64,000 bases of DNA from Candidatus Hebobacterum abditum (GTDB taxonomy: Bacteria > Armatimonadota > Hebobacteria > Hebobacterales > Hebobacteraceae), in contig JALGXW010000001.1 of NCBI GenBank assembly GCA_029821875.1, positions 88,089 to 152,088 of the forward strand, read 5' to 3'. This document shows, one piece after another, positions 1 through 9,434 of the stretch (its first letter is position 1; each line of letters opens with the position of its first letter). Below the pieces are notes generated by a model. It was given only the letters and a program-made list of their open reading frames with translations, was not told where the DNA came from and made no database searches. A program made the translations under genes and the position numbers.

Positions 1-978
<978 letters not shown>

Positions 979-1179
979 CGCCAGTGGGCAAGCCGGAACA
1001 GCATTGCCGATCGCTCCTGGGAAGCCCGGTCGAAGCCGCACGCTGACGAGAGAACGGATCCGCCCGGCTGGATGGCGGGCGACAACGGCGGAGCCGAAAG
1101 AGTCGTTGATCGGCGTTCGGAAGCGGGCACGTGCAGCCGGAACCGTCGCGGAGACGGGGCTGCGGAAAGGGGGAGCGAC

Positions 1180-1416
1180 GTGCAGATCGTCTGTCCCAAG
1201 TGCAAGCAGATGCACGACGTTGACGACAAGACGGCCACCTGTCCGGAGTGTCGCGGCGTCCTCAGGCGCTGCGTGGACTGCGAGAAGTACGACGTCCGGG
1301 TTTCCTTCTGCCGCGAGTTCAACCGACCCATAGATGTGGGAGATGCGAACTACCCGACCTACTCCTCTGAAAGCACCTACTGCCGAGAGTACTCTCCCGC
1401 CACCACGGTTGGCTGA
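1180..1416 (+). CDS. Small cysteine-rich protein, probably zinc-binding (78 aa)
   Basis: GTG at 1180 after AAAGGGGGAG. Three CxxC pairs plus two single Cys (CPKC, CPEC, CVDC, C, C). Confidence 0.75.
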   Translation: MQIVCPKCKQMHDVDDKTATCPECRGVLRRCVDCEKYDVRVSFCREFNRPIDVGDANYPTYSSESTYCREYSPATTVG

Positions 1417-1537
1417 CCGCGTGTGTGAGCCGCCGTTTGCAGGGCGTCGAGGCCGGGTAGAATCTAGCTGGTCGAGGTTTGGACCTGTCTCTTCGTGAAG
1501 ATCACCTGCTCACGCTCCCGGGGACGGGAGGACGAGC

Positions 1538-2107
1538 ATGGCAATCGACGTCAGGCAAGCACGGCGGGCGCTCAAGGCCGCCGGCGTTCGGAGTTCGGCG
1601 CTATGCGCCACAGCGTGGCCGTTCGGCCGCGAGCGGCGACTGCGGGCACTGCTGCGGCGACGGCTGGCAGTGATCGAAGCCAAGAACGGCGTCGTCGAGT
1701 TTCTCTTCCGCACCCAGAGACCGCTGGGCGACTTCCGGCTCTTCAGTCTGGATCAGGTGGAGCGCGCCCTGAACGATCCTGACCGGCGCAAACTCGTCGT
1801 CGGGATGAGCGTGAGCCGGGAGGTGATCGCGGAGGAACTCACGTCGCGCTCTGGCGCCGAGGTGGGACGCTCTCTCGATCTAGCACTGTCGGAGTTGCTG
1901 GCCGAAGGCGTGCTGCTTCGGGTCCCCGGCAAGATGGTAATGTCCCGCGAGGAGGTGTTCCTGGCGGTCCAGCGCCGCGCTCGGCCGCACTATGATACCT
2001 CAGAGCTTAATCGCTTGGTTCACCAGGGCAGAAGCCACGCCAAAGAGCTGCGCAGCCGGGCGCGACGAGAAGCCTCGACTACAACCGAGCGAAGCTACGA
2101 ACTCTGA
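1538..2107 (+). CDS. Hypothetical protein (possible winged-helix-like C-terminal part)
   Basis: ATG after GGGAGGA. 189-aa ORF with natural composition, followed by a hairpin. LDLALSELLAEGVLLRV resembles a wHTH recognition helix/wing (weak). Confidence 0.65.
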   Translation: MAIDVRQARRALKAAGVRSSALCATAWPFGRERRLRALLRRRLAVIEAKNGVVEFLFRTQRPLGDFRLFSLDQVERALNDPDRRKLVVGMSVSREVIAEELTSRSGAEVGRSLDLALSELLAEGVLLRVPGKMVMSREEVFLAVQRRARPHYDTSELNRLVHQGRSHAKELRSRARREASTTTERSYEL

Positions 2108-2130
2108 GGTCGCCGAGCCGGAGGAATGGA

Positions 2131-2157
2131 AGACGGGGCGCGGAGAGCGCCCCGTCT
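2131..2157. terminator. Hairpin between convergent genes, probable terminator
   Basis: AGACGGGGCGC-GGAGA-GCGCCCCGTCT is a perfect 11-bp stem, followed by CTACTTCT on +. Confidence 0.6.
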
Positions 2158-2182
2158 CTACTTCTGGCCAAGCTCGGCGGCA

Positions 2183-2539
2183 CTAAGAGTCGGGGGCAGG
2201 ATCGGCCCGGCTGACCGCGGGCTCCGTCTGCGCCCTTTCGTCTCGCACGAACACGAGGCGCCTCTCGCCGGGTCGCACATAGCCCTGACGCCGGGCGGCT
2301 GCCTCCTGTCCTGACTGAGTGGCCAGCTCGGCCCTGTCCGCCTCGAGGGCGCCACGCTGTGCGAGCAAGTTAGCCTTCTGCGTTTCCAACTGCGCGAGGC
2401 GGCCGGACTGATCATGGATGGTCGCCAGCGGAGCCGCGAGCTTCCACAGACCGACCGTCAGGATCAGGCCGGCCAGGGCCAAGACGGCCCTGATCTTCAG
2501 GCGTCGACGCCGGGCACCCGGGCGGCGTCGAGGCAGCAT
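2183..2539 (-). CDS. ftsB: Septum formation initiator family protein (FtsB/DivIC-like)
   Basis: Basic N-terminus, one TM helix, coiled coil, then EAAARRQGYVRPGE (the family ARxxLGxVKPGE motif). RBS AGGAGGGG. Confidence 0.8.
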   Translation of the reverse strand: MLPRRRPGARRRRLKIRAVLALAGLILTVGLWKLAAPLATIHDQSGRLAQLETQKANLLAQRGALEADRAELATQSGQEAAARRQGYVRPGERRLVFVRDERAQTEPAVSRADPAPDS

Positions 2540-2549
2540 GTCCCCTCCT

Positions 2550-4010
2550 TCAGAAGCGGTGGTGCTTTCCCACGACCTCGACCTTGATCAGATTGGTCAG
2601 GCCGGGCACACCGGCCGGCACGCCGGCCGTGACCACAACAACATCACCGTCCCGCACGAGCTTCTCTTCCTGCGCGCGGGCGATGGCGTTGATGATTAGC
2701 TGGTCAGTATTCCGCCCTCGCTTGGCGAGCAGCGGCCGTACTCCCCACGCGAGGGTCAACCGTCTCTGTGTTGCCATGTCTGGAGTGAGCGCTATTATCG
2801 GGCACTCGGGCCTGTGCATGGCCACCATCAGAGCAGTGTGTCCGGTCGTCGTCGCGGTGATGATCGCGCGGGCCCGCAGATCGTGCGCGAGGTTCACGGT
2901 GGCCTGGCTGATGCCGTCCGTCACGGTTTCGCAGGGCCACTGGCTCGACTCGGCCAGGCGCTCGGCGAAGTCGAACGCTCCCTCGCCGCGGGCGGCGACT
3001 CGCGCCATGACCCTCACGGCTTCCACAGGATGGTCGCCGATGGCCGTCTCGCCCGAGAGCATCACCGCGTCAGTGCCGTCGAGCACGGCATTGGCGACAT
3101 CGCTCACCTCCGCGCGCGTCGGCCGCGGACGGCGGATCATCGACTCCAGCATCTGGGTGGCGGTGACCACGGGCTTGCCGGCGGCGTTGCAGCAGCGAAT
3201 GATGGATTTCTGCAGCAAGGGCACGCGGTCCAACGGAAGCTCGATTCCGAGGTCCCCCCGCGCCACCATAAGCCCGTCGGCCGCCTCGACTATCGCGTCC
3301 AGGTGGTCTATGGCCTGGTGTTGCTCTATCTTGGCCATTACGGAGACCGCGGTTCCCGCGCGCTGGATCTCGCGGCGAAGGGGCTTCAGGTCCTCCGCCT
3401 TCCTCACGAACGACATCGCCACCCAGTCGACGCCGCGGGCGAGCCCGAACTTCAGGTCCCGGCGATCCTTCTGCGTGAACGTCCTGATGGGCAGCTCGAC
3501 GTCGGGCAGGTGGACGCCTTGACGGGACCGGAGCACTCCGCCCACGCGGACGCGGCAGCGCACTGCGCGATCGGCCGCCTCGATGACCCGGAGCTCTATC
3601 TGCCCGTCGGCGAGCAGCACGCGCTGCCCGGACGTCAGCGCCGCGAGCACCTCCGGGAACGGGAGCGGGATCTGTCGTGGATCATCGGAGGCCGAGGCGG
3701 CAAGGACGACCTCTGTGGACGGGCGAAGGGCCAGCCCCTCTCCGGGCAGCTGGCCCACCCTGAGCTTGGGACCGGCCAGGTCCTGCAGAATGCCGATCGC
3801 GCGTCCGAGCTTCTTGTCGAGCGACCTGATGTGTGAGATCGTCTGTGCGTGCTCCGAGCGGCTGCCGTGGGAGAAGTTGAGACGCGCCACATCCATGCCG
3901 GCCTCGGCGAGACGCTCGAGCATTCTGGGCGACGCGGTGGAAGGCCCGATCGTGCAGACGATCTTGGTCCGGCGATCCCTCGGGGACACTGGCTTTCCAG
4001 ATCGTGGCAT
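2550..4010 (-). CDS. pyk: Pyruvate kinase
   Basis: RRTKIVCTIGP, ARLNFSHG, MVARGDLGIE, TATQMLESM, PTRAEVSDVANAVLDGTDAVMLSGETA. Confidence 0.99.
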   Translation of the reverse strand: MPRSGKPVSPRDRRTKIVCTIGPSTASPRMLERLAEAGMDVARLNFSHGSRSEHAQTISHIRSLDKKLGRAIGILQDLAGPKLRVGQLPGEGLALRPSTEVVLAASASDDPRQIPLPFPEVLAALTSGQRVLLADGQIELRVIEAADRAVRCRVRVGGVLRSRQGVHLPDVELPIRTFTQKDRRDLKFGLARGVDWVAMSFVRKAEDLKPLRREIQRAGTAVSVMAKIEQHQAIDHLDAIVEAADGLMVARGDLGIELPLDRVPLLQKSIIRCCNAAGKPVVTATQMLESMIRRPRPTRAEVSDVANAVLDGTDAVMLSGETAIGDHPVEAVRVMARVAARGEGAFDFAERLAESSQWPCETVTDGISQATVNLAHDLRARAIITATTTGHTALMVAMHRPECPIIALTPDMATQRRLTLAWGVRPLLAKRGRNTDQLIINAIARAQEEKLVRDGDVVVVTAGVPAGVPGLTNLIKVEVVGKHHRF

Positions 4011-4105
4011 ACGTGACCTAGGGGGAGTCGTGCGGCGGCCTGCGTGCAGCAGGCCGCCGCGGTCAGGACTGGGCTCAGCTCATCACGACTGTCGCTCAGC
4101 TCAGG

Positions 4106-4387
4106 TCAATCCTCTTCCTCATCGGCTTGGGTGCCGCCCGGCGCTGCCTCTGTGGGTGACTCGCCGCCCGGCGCCTGCCTGCCGCCTCGCCTGCCGCGCG
4201 TCCCGCGCTGCGCGGCGTCCGTGTCCGTCTGCCGCTGGCCTCCGCGGCGGGAGCCCATCTGCCCTGGGCCGGGCATGCCCGTGGTGGGCTTCTCCCCCGC
4301 GGTGAGCTTCATCCAAACGAAGGCCACAGCCGCAACTACGATCAAGATGAGGATTACAGCCACGACAGGTGAGATATTGCGCTGCAT
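4106..4387 (-). CDS. Small membrane-anchored protein with an archaeal-pilin-like N-terminal segment
   Basis: ATG at 4387 after GGAGGGAG. MQRNISPVVAVILILIVVAAVAFVW followed by a low-complexity G/R/P/E tail. Confidence 0.7.
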   Translation of the reverse strand: MQRNISPVVAVILILIVVAAVAFVWMKLTAGEKPTTGMPGPGQMGSRRGGQRQTDTDAAQRGTRGRRGGRQAPGGESPTEAAPGGTQADEEED

Positions 4388-4651
4388 GGCATCTCCCTCC
4401 GTGCCGGATCCGGCCGAAGACATCCGGGCCCGGCTGCTTTGTCAGCCCGCGCTCGCTGCGCGCCGCCTGCGGCCGTTCATAGCCGCCGTACCGCAGTATA
4501 CTACCACATGCGCCCCCGACCTGCTATCGCTGCGGCCGGCTTGGCAGCAGCGCCGCGGGACTCATTGGTTAGACGTGACGTGAGAGCGCAGGGTTCCCGC
4601 GAGGCAAGGCGGAAGGTGAGGGCACACCGGACGCTGAGAGGAGCTGTGAGC

Positions 4652-5677
4652 ATGCGGGCCGCGGTGTTCCCCAGGCCGCAGGAATGTGAGACTGTCGAAC
4701 GGGAAGTGCCGGTTCCGGCCGAGCACCAGGCCCTGGTGCGGGTGCACGTCTGCGGCGTGTGTGGGACCGACGCTCACATCTATCGGGGGGAGTTTCCGGC
4801 TCGATTCCCTGTCATCGCCGGGCACGAGTTTGCGGGCGTCGTGGAGAAGGTAGGGACGGGCGTGTCCTCCCTGCGGCCAGGCGATCGGGTCGCAGTCGAC
4901 CCCAACATACACTGCGGCTCCTGTCGGCCTTGCCGGCGCGGGCTGACGCACCTGTGTCGGAACTTGTCCGCAATCGGTGTGACACAGGACGGGGGCTTTG
5001 CCACGCATTGTGTCGTGCCAGCGCGCCAGTGTCACAGAGTCCCCGATGACATGCCATACGAAGTCGCCGCGATGGCCGAGCCGGTCGCCTGCTGTGTGCA
5101 CGGGATCGACCGCGCGGGCATCCGAAGTGGTGACGTGGTTCTGCTACTGGGAGCCGGCACGATCGGGCTCGTGCTCCTCCAGCTCGTGCGGCTGCAGGGC
5201 GCGGCCGTCACGATTGTGTCTGAGCCGAACGCGGGCAAGCGCGACCTGGCAGAGCGCCTCGGCGCGACGACGGCGGTGGACCCGGTGTCGGAGGATTTCG
5301 AACAGGCCGTGAAGGCGGCGACTGGAGGCACCAGGCCCGATGTGGTCATAGAATGCGTCGGCAGTGCCGCTACTGCACAGCAGGCCTTCGACCTGGTCGG
5401 AGAGGGAGGACGTGTGCTCCTGTTCGGAGTGGCGCCGGAGGAGGTCCAGATCACCATCTCTCCCTACCGGGTGTACCGGGAGGAGATCGCCATCACGGGG
5501 AGCTTCACCAATCCCTTCGCCCAGAGCCGCGCCCTCGCCCTGCTGGCCTCAGGTCGTCTCCGAGTCAACGACTTGATCAGCCATCGGCTGCCGCTCGCCG
5601 ACGTATCGCGAGGGATCGAGTTGCTCGAGTCGGGCACGGCGACGAAGGTCGTCATCGAGACTCAGGAACGCGGATGA
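4652..5677 (+). CDS. Zinc-dependent alcohol/polyol dehydrogenase (MDR family)
   Basis: CGVCGTD, GHEFAG, structural Zn motif CGSCRPCRRGLTHLC, GAGTIG Rossmann motif. RBS GAGGAG (alternative GTG start at 4646). Confidence 0.95.
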   Translation: MRAAVFPRPQECETVEREVPVPAEHQALVRVHVCGVCGTDAHIYRGEFPARFPVIAGHEFAGVVEKVGTGVSSLRPGDRVAVDPNIHCGSCRPCRRGLTHLCRNLSAIGVTQDGGFATHCVVPARQCHRVPDDMPYEVAAMAEPVACCVHGIDRAGIRSGDVVLLLGAGTIGLVLLQLVRLQGAAVTIVSEPNAGKRDLAERLGATTAVDPVSEDFEQAVKAATGGTRPDVVIECVGSAATAQQAFDLVGEGGRVLLFGVAPEEVQITISPYRVYREEIAITGSFTNPFAQSRALALLASGRLRVNDLISHRLPLADVSRGIELLESGTATKVVIETQERG

Positions 5678-5773
5678 CCTGAACTTCCCATCCTTCGCTC
5701 GCGTCTAACGTAGCGGTCGGCCCAGATCGTGCGCCGAAGCCGTCTACTGCGCGGCTGACCGCGGAGGGTAGAT

Positions 5774-6301
5774 GTGGCGGCAACGCCCGAACTCATTGAG
5801 GTCATAGTCCGGCTCTTTAAGGCCGCCATCTTCGTGCCCATCATCGGCCTCGTCACCTGGTGGATCCTCTCCAACTGGCTCGTCGAGCAGACGCTGAACG
5901 CCGAAGAAGCATTGATCGGGCTGTTCTTCGTAGCCGTCGCCTTCGTCCTCGGGGTCAGCTCCATCGTTGCCGGCGGCTGGGGCTTCCTCGGCATCCTGGC
6001 GTTCGTGTATGCCGGCCTCCTTGGCCTCGCTGCATGGCAGTACATCTACTGGCGTCGTCGAGAGCATGAGCACTGGCTATCGGAGGTTGACAGGTACACG
6101 GACGCCATCGACAGGGACCCGAGGAATGCCGCCGCCTACTCGTTCTTGGGCGAGGCGTGTCTCAGGCTGAGCCGGTTCGAGGAAGCGCAGGCCGCGCTGG
6201 AGATGGCCCTCGAATTCGACCCCGAGTCAAAACGGGACCAGCGTCTGCTCAGGCAGGCGAGGGAGCGCAGATCCCAGATCCCTTGGCTGCGGTCGGACTG
6301 A
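5774..6301 (+). CDS. Membrane protein with C-terminal TPR repeats
   Basis: About three hydrophobic helices, then DPRNAAAYSFLGEACLRLSRFEEAQAALEMALEFDP (TPR consensus). Confidence 0.85.
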   Translation: MAATPELIEVIVRLFKAAIFVPIIGLVTWWILSNWLVEQTLNAEEALIGLFFVAVAFVLGVSSIVAGGWGFLGILAFVYAGLLGLAAWQYIYWRRREHEHWLSEVDRYTDAIDRDPRNAAAYSFLGEACLRLSRFEEAQAALEMALEFDPESKRDQRLLRQARERRSQIPWLRSD

Positions 6302-6309
6302 TCACTGTG

Positions 6310-6993
6310 TCACGCGCGAGGCCGTCGCGGGCAGACTGCCATGCAGACGCCGCATATCCCGGCCTCTATGCCAGCTGCACGGGAGCGCTGGCCGCACATC
6401 CTGTGGCATGCGTGCGCGTCGAATATCTCCTCCCGTGGGCGACCGGCATGCCAGTGCTCACCGGTGGCCGCGCCTGCGGGGCACGCCTCGACACAGGCGA
6501 CACACTCCCCGCATCGGCTCTCGGCGATGGGCTCGCCCACGAGCAGGGGTGCATCCGTCAATACGGACACAAGGCGAATGGCTGGGCCGTACTGCTCCGT
6601 GACCAGCAGGGCCGTCTTGCCCACCCAGCCGAGCCCGGCCCGGGTCGCAGCTGTCTTGTGCGGGAAAGGTGCGGCCAGCCGGCGCGGGTCGATCTTCTCG
6701 GTTGTTGATGGGTTCGCACGGGCCTCGAATCCTGCCTCCCCCAGCATCTCGGCAATGCCCTGCGCGGCCTCGGTCAGCCGTCGGTTGACCTCGAAGTACT
6801 CGCCCGAGTAGGCCCGGTTGGGCATGTCATCCGCGTCGCGAAGCACGGCCAGCGAATGCGCTATGGCGATAGCCACGGCGCGAGGTAAGTCTGCAATGCC
6901 CTGGAGGTCCGCGAAGCCCACCAACTGCGCGCCGCCTGCGCGGGCTCTCTCCTCGACCTCACGAGTGAGCGTGCTGTCGTCGGATTCTCTCAT
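6310..6993 (-). CDS. QueG/reductive-dehalogenase-like 4Fe-4S protein (epoxyqueuosine reductase family, short form)
   Basis: HKTAATRAGLGWVGKTALLVTEQYGPAIRLVSVLTD, CGECVACVEACP and C..CGVCMAVCP. RBS GGAGG. Confidence 0.88.
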   Translation of the reverse strand: MRESDDSTLTREVEERARAGGAQLVGFADLQGIADLPRAVAIAIAHSLAVLRDADDMPNRAYSGEYFEVNRRLTEAAQGIAEMLGEAGFEARANPSTTEKIDPRRLAAPFPHKTAATRAGLGWVGKTALLVTEQYGPAIRLVSVLTDAPLLVGEPIAESRCGECVACVEACPAGAATGEHWHAGRPREEIFDAHACHRMCGQRSRAAGIEAGICGVCMAVCPRRPRA

Positions 6994-7018
6994 GCGGCCT
7001 CCATTCGGCGGCCGGCCC

Positions 7019-7579
7019 TCAAAGGCCTGGCCTCTCTACGTCGCGCTGAGGCTCCCGTGCGCGCGGTTGGAAGATGAGGCCGGGATGCAGGGCCCGGCGC
7101 TGGGTGACGAAGACCTGTATGCCGGGCTCTCTCTCGCCCAGTACAGCAGCATCTTGTTGCTGCACCAGCCGCACCGTCGATAACATCTGGAGTTCGATCT
7201 GGAAGAGGTTGTCAGGGCTGACCCACACAGCGTTGAAGAGATCGCGCGCTTCCTCGTCCGTCGCCTTCCTGGCCCACTGGGGCTCTCCCTCGGCGAGTGG
7301 TCGCCAGCCCTCGGCCTCAAGCAGGTTCTTGTAGAAGTAGTAGACAGACTTGGATGGGTAGTCCTCGTTGAGGGTGAACCAGTACTTCCGGAAGCCCAGG
7401 TTCTCGGCCGTCTGCTCCTCGACATCTTCGTAGCCGGGATAGTGCACGAGCGGGGGGCCGGTCGGCGCCCGACCGGGCTTGGCGGAGCGCTGCAGCTTGG
7501 TGAGGACCAACACGATCAGCACCCACGCCGCGGCGATCACGAACACCGTGCGCATCAGCTCGCGGCGATTGGGCCTCAT
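7019..7579 (-). CDS. Hypothetical single-pass membrane protein
   Basis: ATG at 7579 overlaps the LysE stop (ATGA). N-terminal TM helix (TVFVIAAAWVLIVLVL) followed by a soluble domain (SVYYFYKNLLEAEGW). Confidence 0.75.
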   Translation of the reverse strand: MRPNRRELMRTVFVIAAAWVLIVLVLTKLQRSAKPGRAPTGPPLVHYPGYEDVEEQTAENLGFRKYWFTLNEDYPSKSVYYFYKNLLEAEGWRPLAEGEPQWARKATDEEARDLFNAVWVSPDNLFQIELQMLSTVRLVQQQDAAVLGEREPGIQVFVTQRRALHPGLIFQPRAREPQRDVERPGL

Positions 7580-8319
7580 GACGGCGCGCCTCTCTGGCCT
7601 GCGGGCCGGACTTCCCTTGCGAGGGTCCTCATGGCCGCCGCAGCGAAGATCGCGCCCAGCGCTATCAGGAAGGCTGCACAACCCAGGTAGATTCCCTTCA
7701 GTGCCCCCGCCGACAGCAACGCTCTTCCCGTGCCGAGCGCAATCGACACAGCAGTATACCATAGCACATCGGAGAGCACGTGACCCGTGAAGTATGCGGC
7801 TGCTCCCAGCCGGCCTCTCTGTACCGCCCAGGCAGTATGTGCCGCGCCGATGGTCGCCCACCACAGCCACCAGTAGGGGTTGACCATGCTCATCAGGGCA
7901 CCCAGCCAGACCAGCCCCAACCACCCGCTCGCCGTGCCGCCGCCGCCAGCCGTCCGCAGCGCCTCCGATGCTGTTCCCGCGGGAATCAGGGCCGTCTCGT
8001 ACCCGAGGTAGATGAGAACACCTCCCCCGGCCAAGCCGATTAGACCTCTGGCGATGGCCGGCCGAGCGAACCTGATCAGGCCCGTCATCAGCAGCATGAT
8101 GGCGACCAGTTCCAGAAGGCCGTGCCCAATCATCATGACCGGCCCGGCGGCCCAGCCAACACGCACCGACTCTCGCACGACGACCGCGAGCAGCGACCCG
8201 GGCACGACCGCGCCGGAGAAGCCTGTGGCAAGCGCCACGCCGAAGATCACGGGCACGCCGCGGTGGGCCGGGAGTCGAGTGCCCTCGACCGCCGGAGACT
8301 GCGGCTGCGCGCAGTTCAT
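7576..8319 (-). CDS. LysE family transporter
   Basis: GFSGAVVPGSLLAVVV, GHGLLE, NPYWWLWWATIG, GHVLSD and about six TM helices. ATGA overlap with the upstream gene. Confidence 0.9.
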   Translation of the reverse strand: MNCAQPQSPAVEGTRLPAHRGVPVIFGVALATGFSGAVVPGSLLAVVVRESVRVGWAAGPVMMIGHGLLELVAIMLLMTGLIRFARPAIARGLIGLAGGGVLIYLGYETALIPAGTASEALRTAGGGGTASGWLGLVWLGALMSMVNPYWWLWWATIGAAHTAWAVQRGRLGAAAYFTGHVLSDVLWYTAVSIALGTGRALLSAGALKGIYLGCAAFLIALGAIFAAAAMRTLAREVRPAGQRGAPS

Positions 8320-9434
8320 TCCTGGATGATCTCCAGGTTCGCTCGCGGGACGCGAGCGTCGGCTCCGTCGTCCAGCTTCACGCTCGCGATCCGCACGGCC
8401 GATTCGGTCTCGATCTCTGTCAGTTCCGCGGGCAGGGCGGTGACGCGGCCGAGGGCGCCGAAGTGGGGTGCCCGAATGACTCGCACCCTCGATCCTGACT
8501 GGAGGATCTGCTCGGGCTCGGGCTCCGCCGTCTCCTCTTCTGTCGCCTCCCCGGTCACGATGACCTCGGGCCGGATGACGCCGGCGCGGATCTGTGTCGC
8601 GCCGTCGATGGACGCGAGCTGCCCTTCCAGCGAGCTGAGCAGATCCCACGTACGGGTCGCCATCGCGAGGTCGCCGAATCCCTCGGTGAGGATCAGTGTC
8701 ATCGGCACGGGCTCTTGACCTGTTATCGCCACGCCGATGTCATAGCCTACGTACTCGCGCAGCGCCTGGTCCCGGACGGCGGCTACGACCAGACCCACTG
8801 CTCCGGCCTCGGCCGCCGCTCCTATCGCATCGGCGCCGGCAGACGCGCCTCCTACGATGACGCATCCCTCGCACTCGGCGATGCGATCGCGGCGAAGGAC
8901 GTCGCCGGGGCCTCCGGCCAGCACGCGGAGCGGGCCGCGTCGCTCTCCGCCAACTCCGAAGATGCCCTGCACCAGGGAGCCCTGTGCCTCGATGACAGCT
9001 CCCTCATCCTTGATGACCTCGGCGACGCGGCCTCTGATGTGAGCTGCTACCTCGACGCGGCGGGGTGCTTCCCGCACCCGGAGATGCCCCGAGGCCGCGC
9101 TGACCTCCTCGAGCGTTCCCGAGATGGGCGTCCGGAGCTCTGACTTGAATAGTCCCCAGAGCCCCTTCGTCTGAGCGATGACCTCGCCGGCCCGCACTGT
9201 GTCGCCGGGACCTCTGAGCAGATGTGATGCTAGTTCCTGTGGCTCCACGCGCAGTATCTGGGCAGCCCTGAGGGTGTGGAGGTTCCCCGGCATCTCCGCC
9301 CGTGCGACGACGTGGTCCGCCTCGATAAACTGCCCCTCTTCTACCAGCACCTCGCCGCGAAGCGGGAGACGGCGCTCCTCTACGACGAGTGCACGCGCCA
9401 TGACCCGAAGTCCCGGCGTGTAGGCGACGGCCAT
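8316..9434 (-). CDS. Uncharacterised partner of GlmL-like proteins (lipoyl/biotinyl-like barrel-sandwich segments, KOW-like C-terminus)
   Basis: MAVAYTPGL start overlaps the upstream stop (TGATG). Contains RRLPLRGEVLVEEG, QGIFGVGGER, YDIGVAITGQE, ILTEGFG, GATQIRAGVIRPEVI, VRVIRAPHFG, VPRANLEII. Confidence 0.85.
   Translation of the reverse strand: MAVAYTPGLRVMARALVVEERRLPLRGEVLVEEGQFIEADHVVARAEMPGNLHTLRAAQILRVEPQELASHLLRGPGDTVRAGEVIAQTKGLWGLFKSELRTPISGTLEEVSAASGHLRVREAPRRVEVAAHIRGRVAEVIKDEGAVIEAQGSLVQGIFGVGGERRGPLRVLAGGPGDVLRRDRIAECEGCVIVGGASAGADAIGAAAEAGAVGLVVAAVRDQALREYVGYDIGVAITGQEPVPMTLILTEGFGDLAMATRTWDLLSSLEGQLASIDGATQIRAGVIRPEVIVTGEATEEETAEPEPEQILQSGSRVRVIRAPHFGALGRVTALPAELTEIETESAVRIASVKLDDGADARVPRANLEIIQE

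Noticed and set aside
4388-4500. Structured leader upstream of the pilin-like microprotein as a known riboswitch (c-di-GMP, fluoride, c-di-AMP)
   Set aside because: Hairpins are present, but I could not match the conserved cores by eye. An Rfam scan would be needed.
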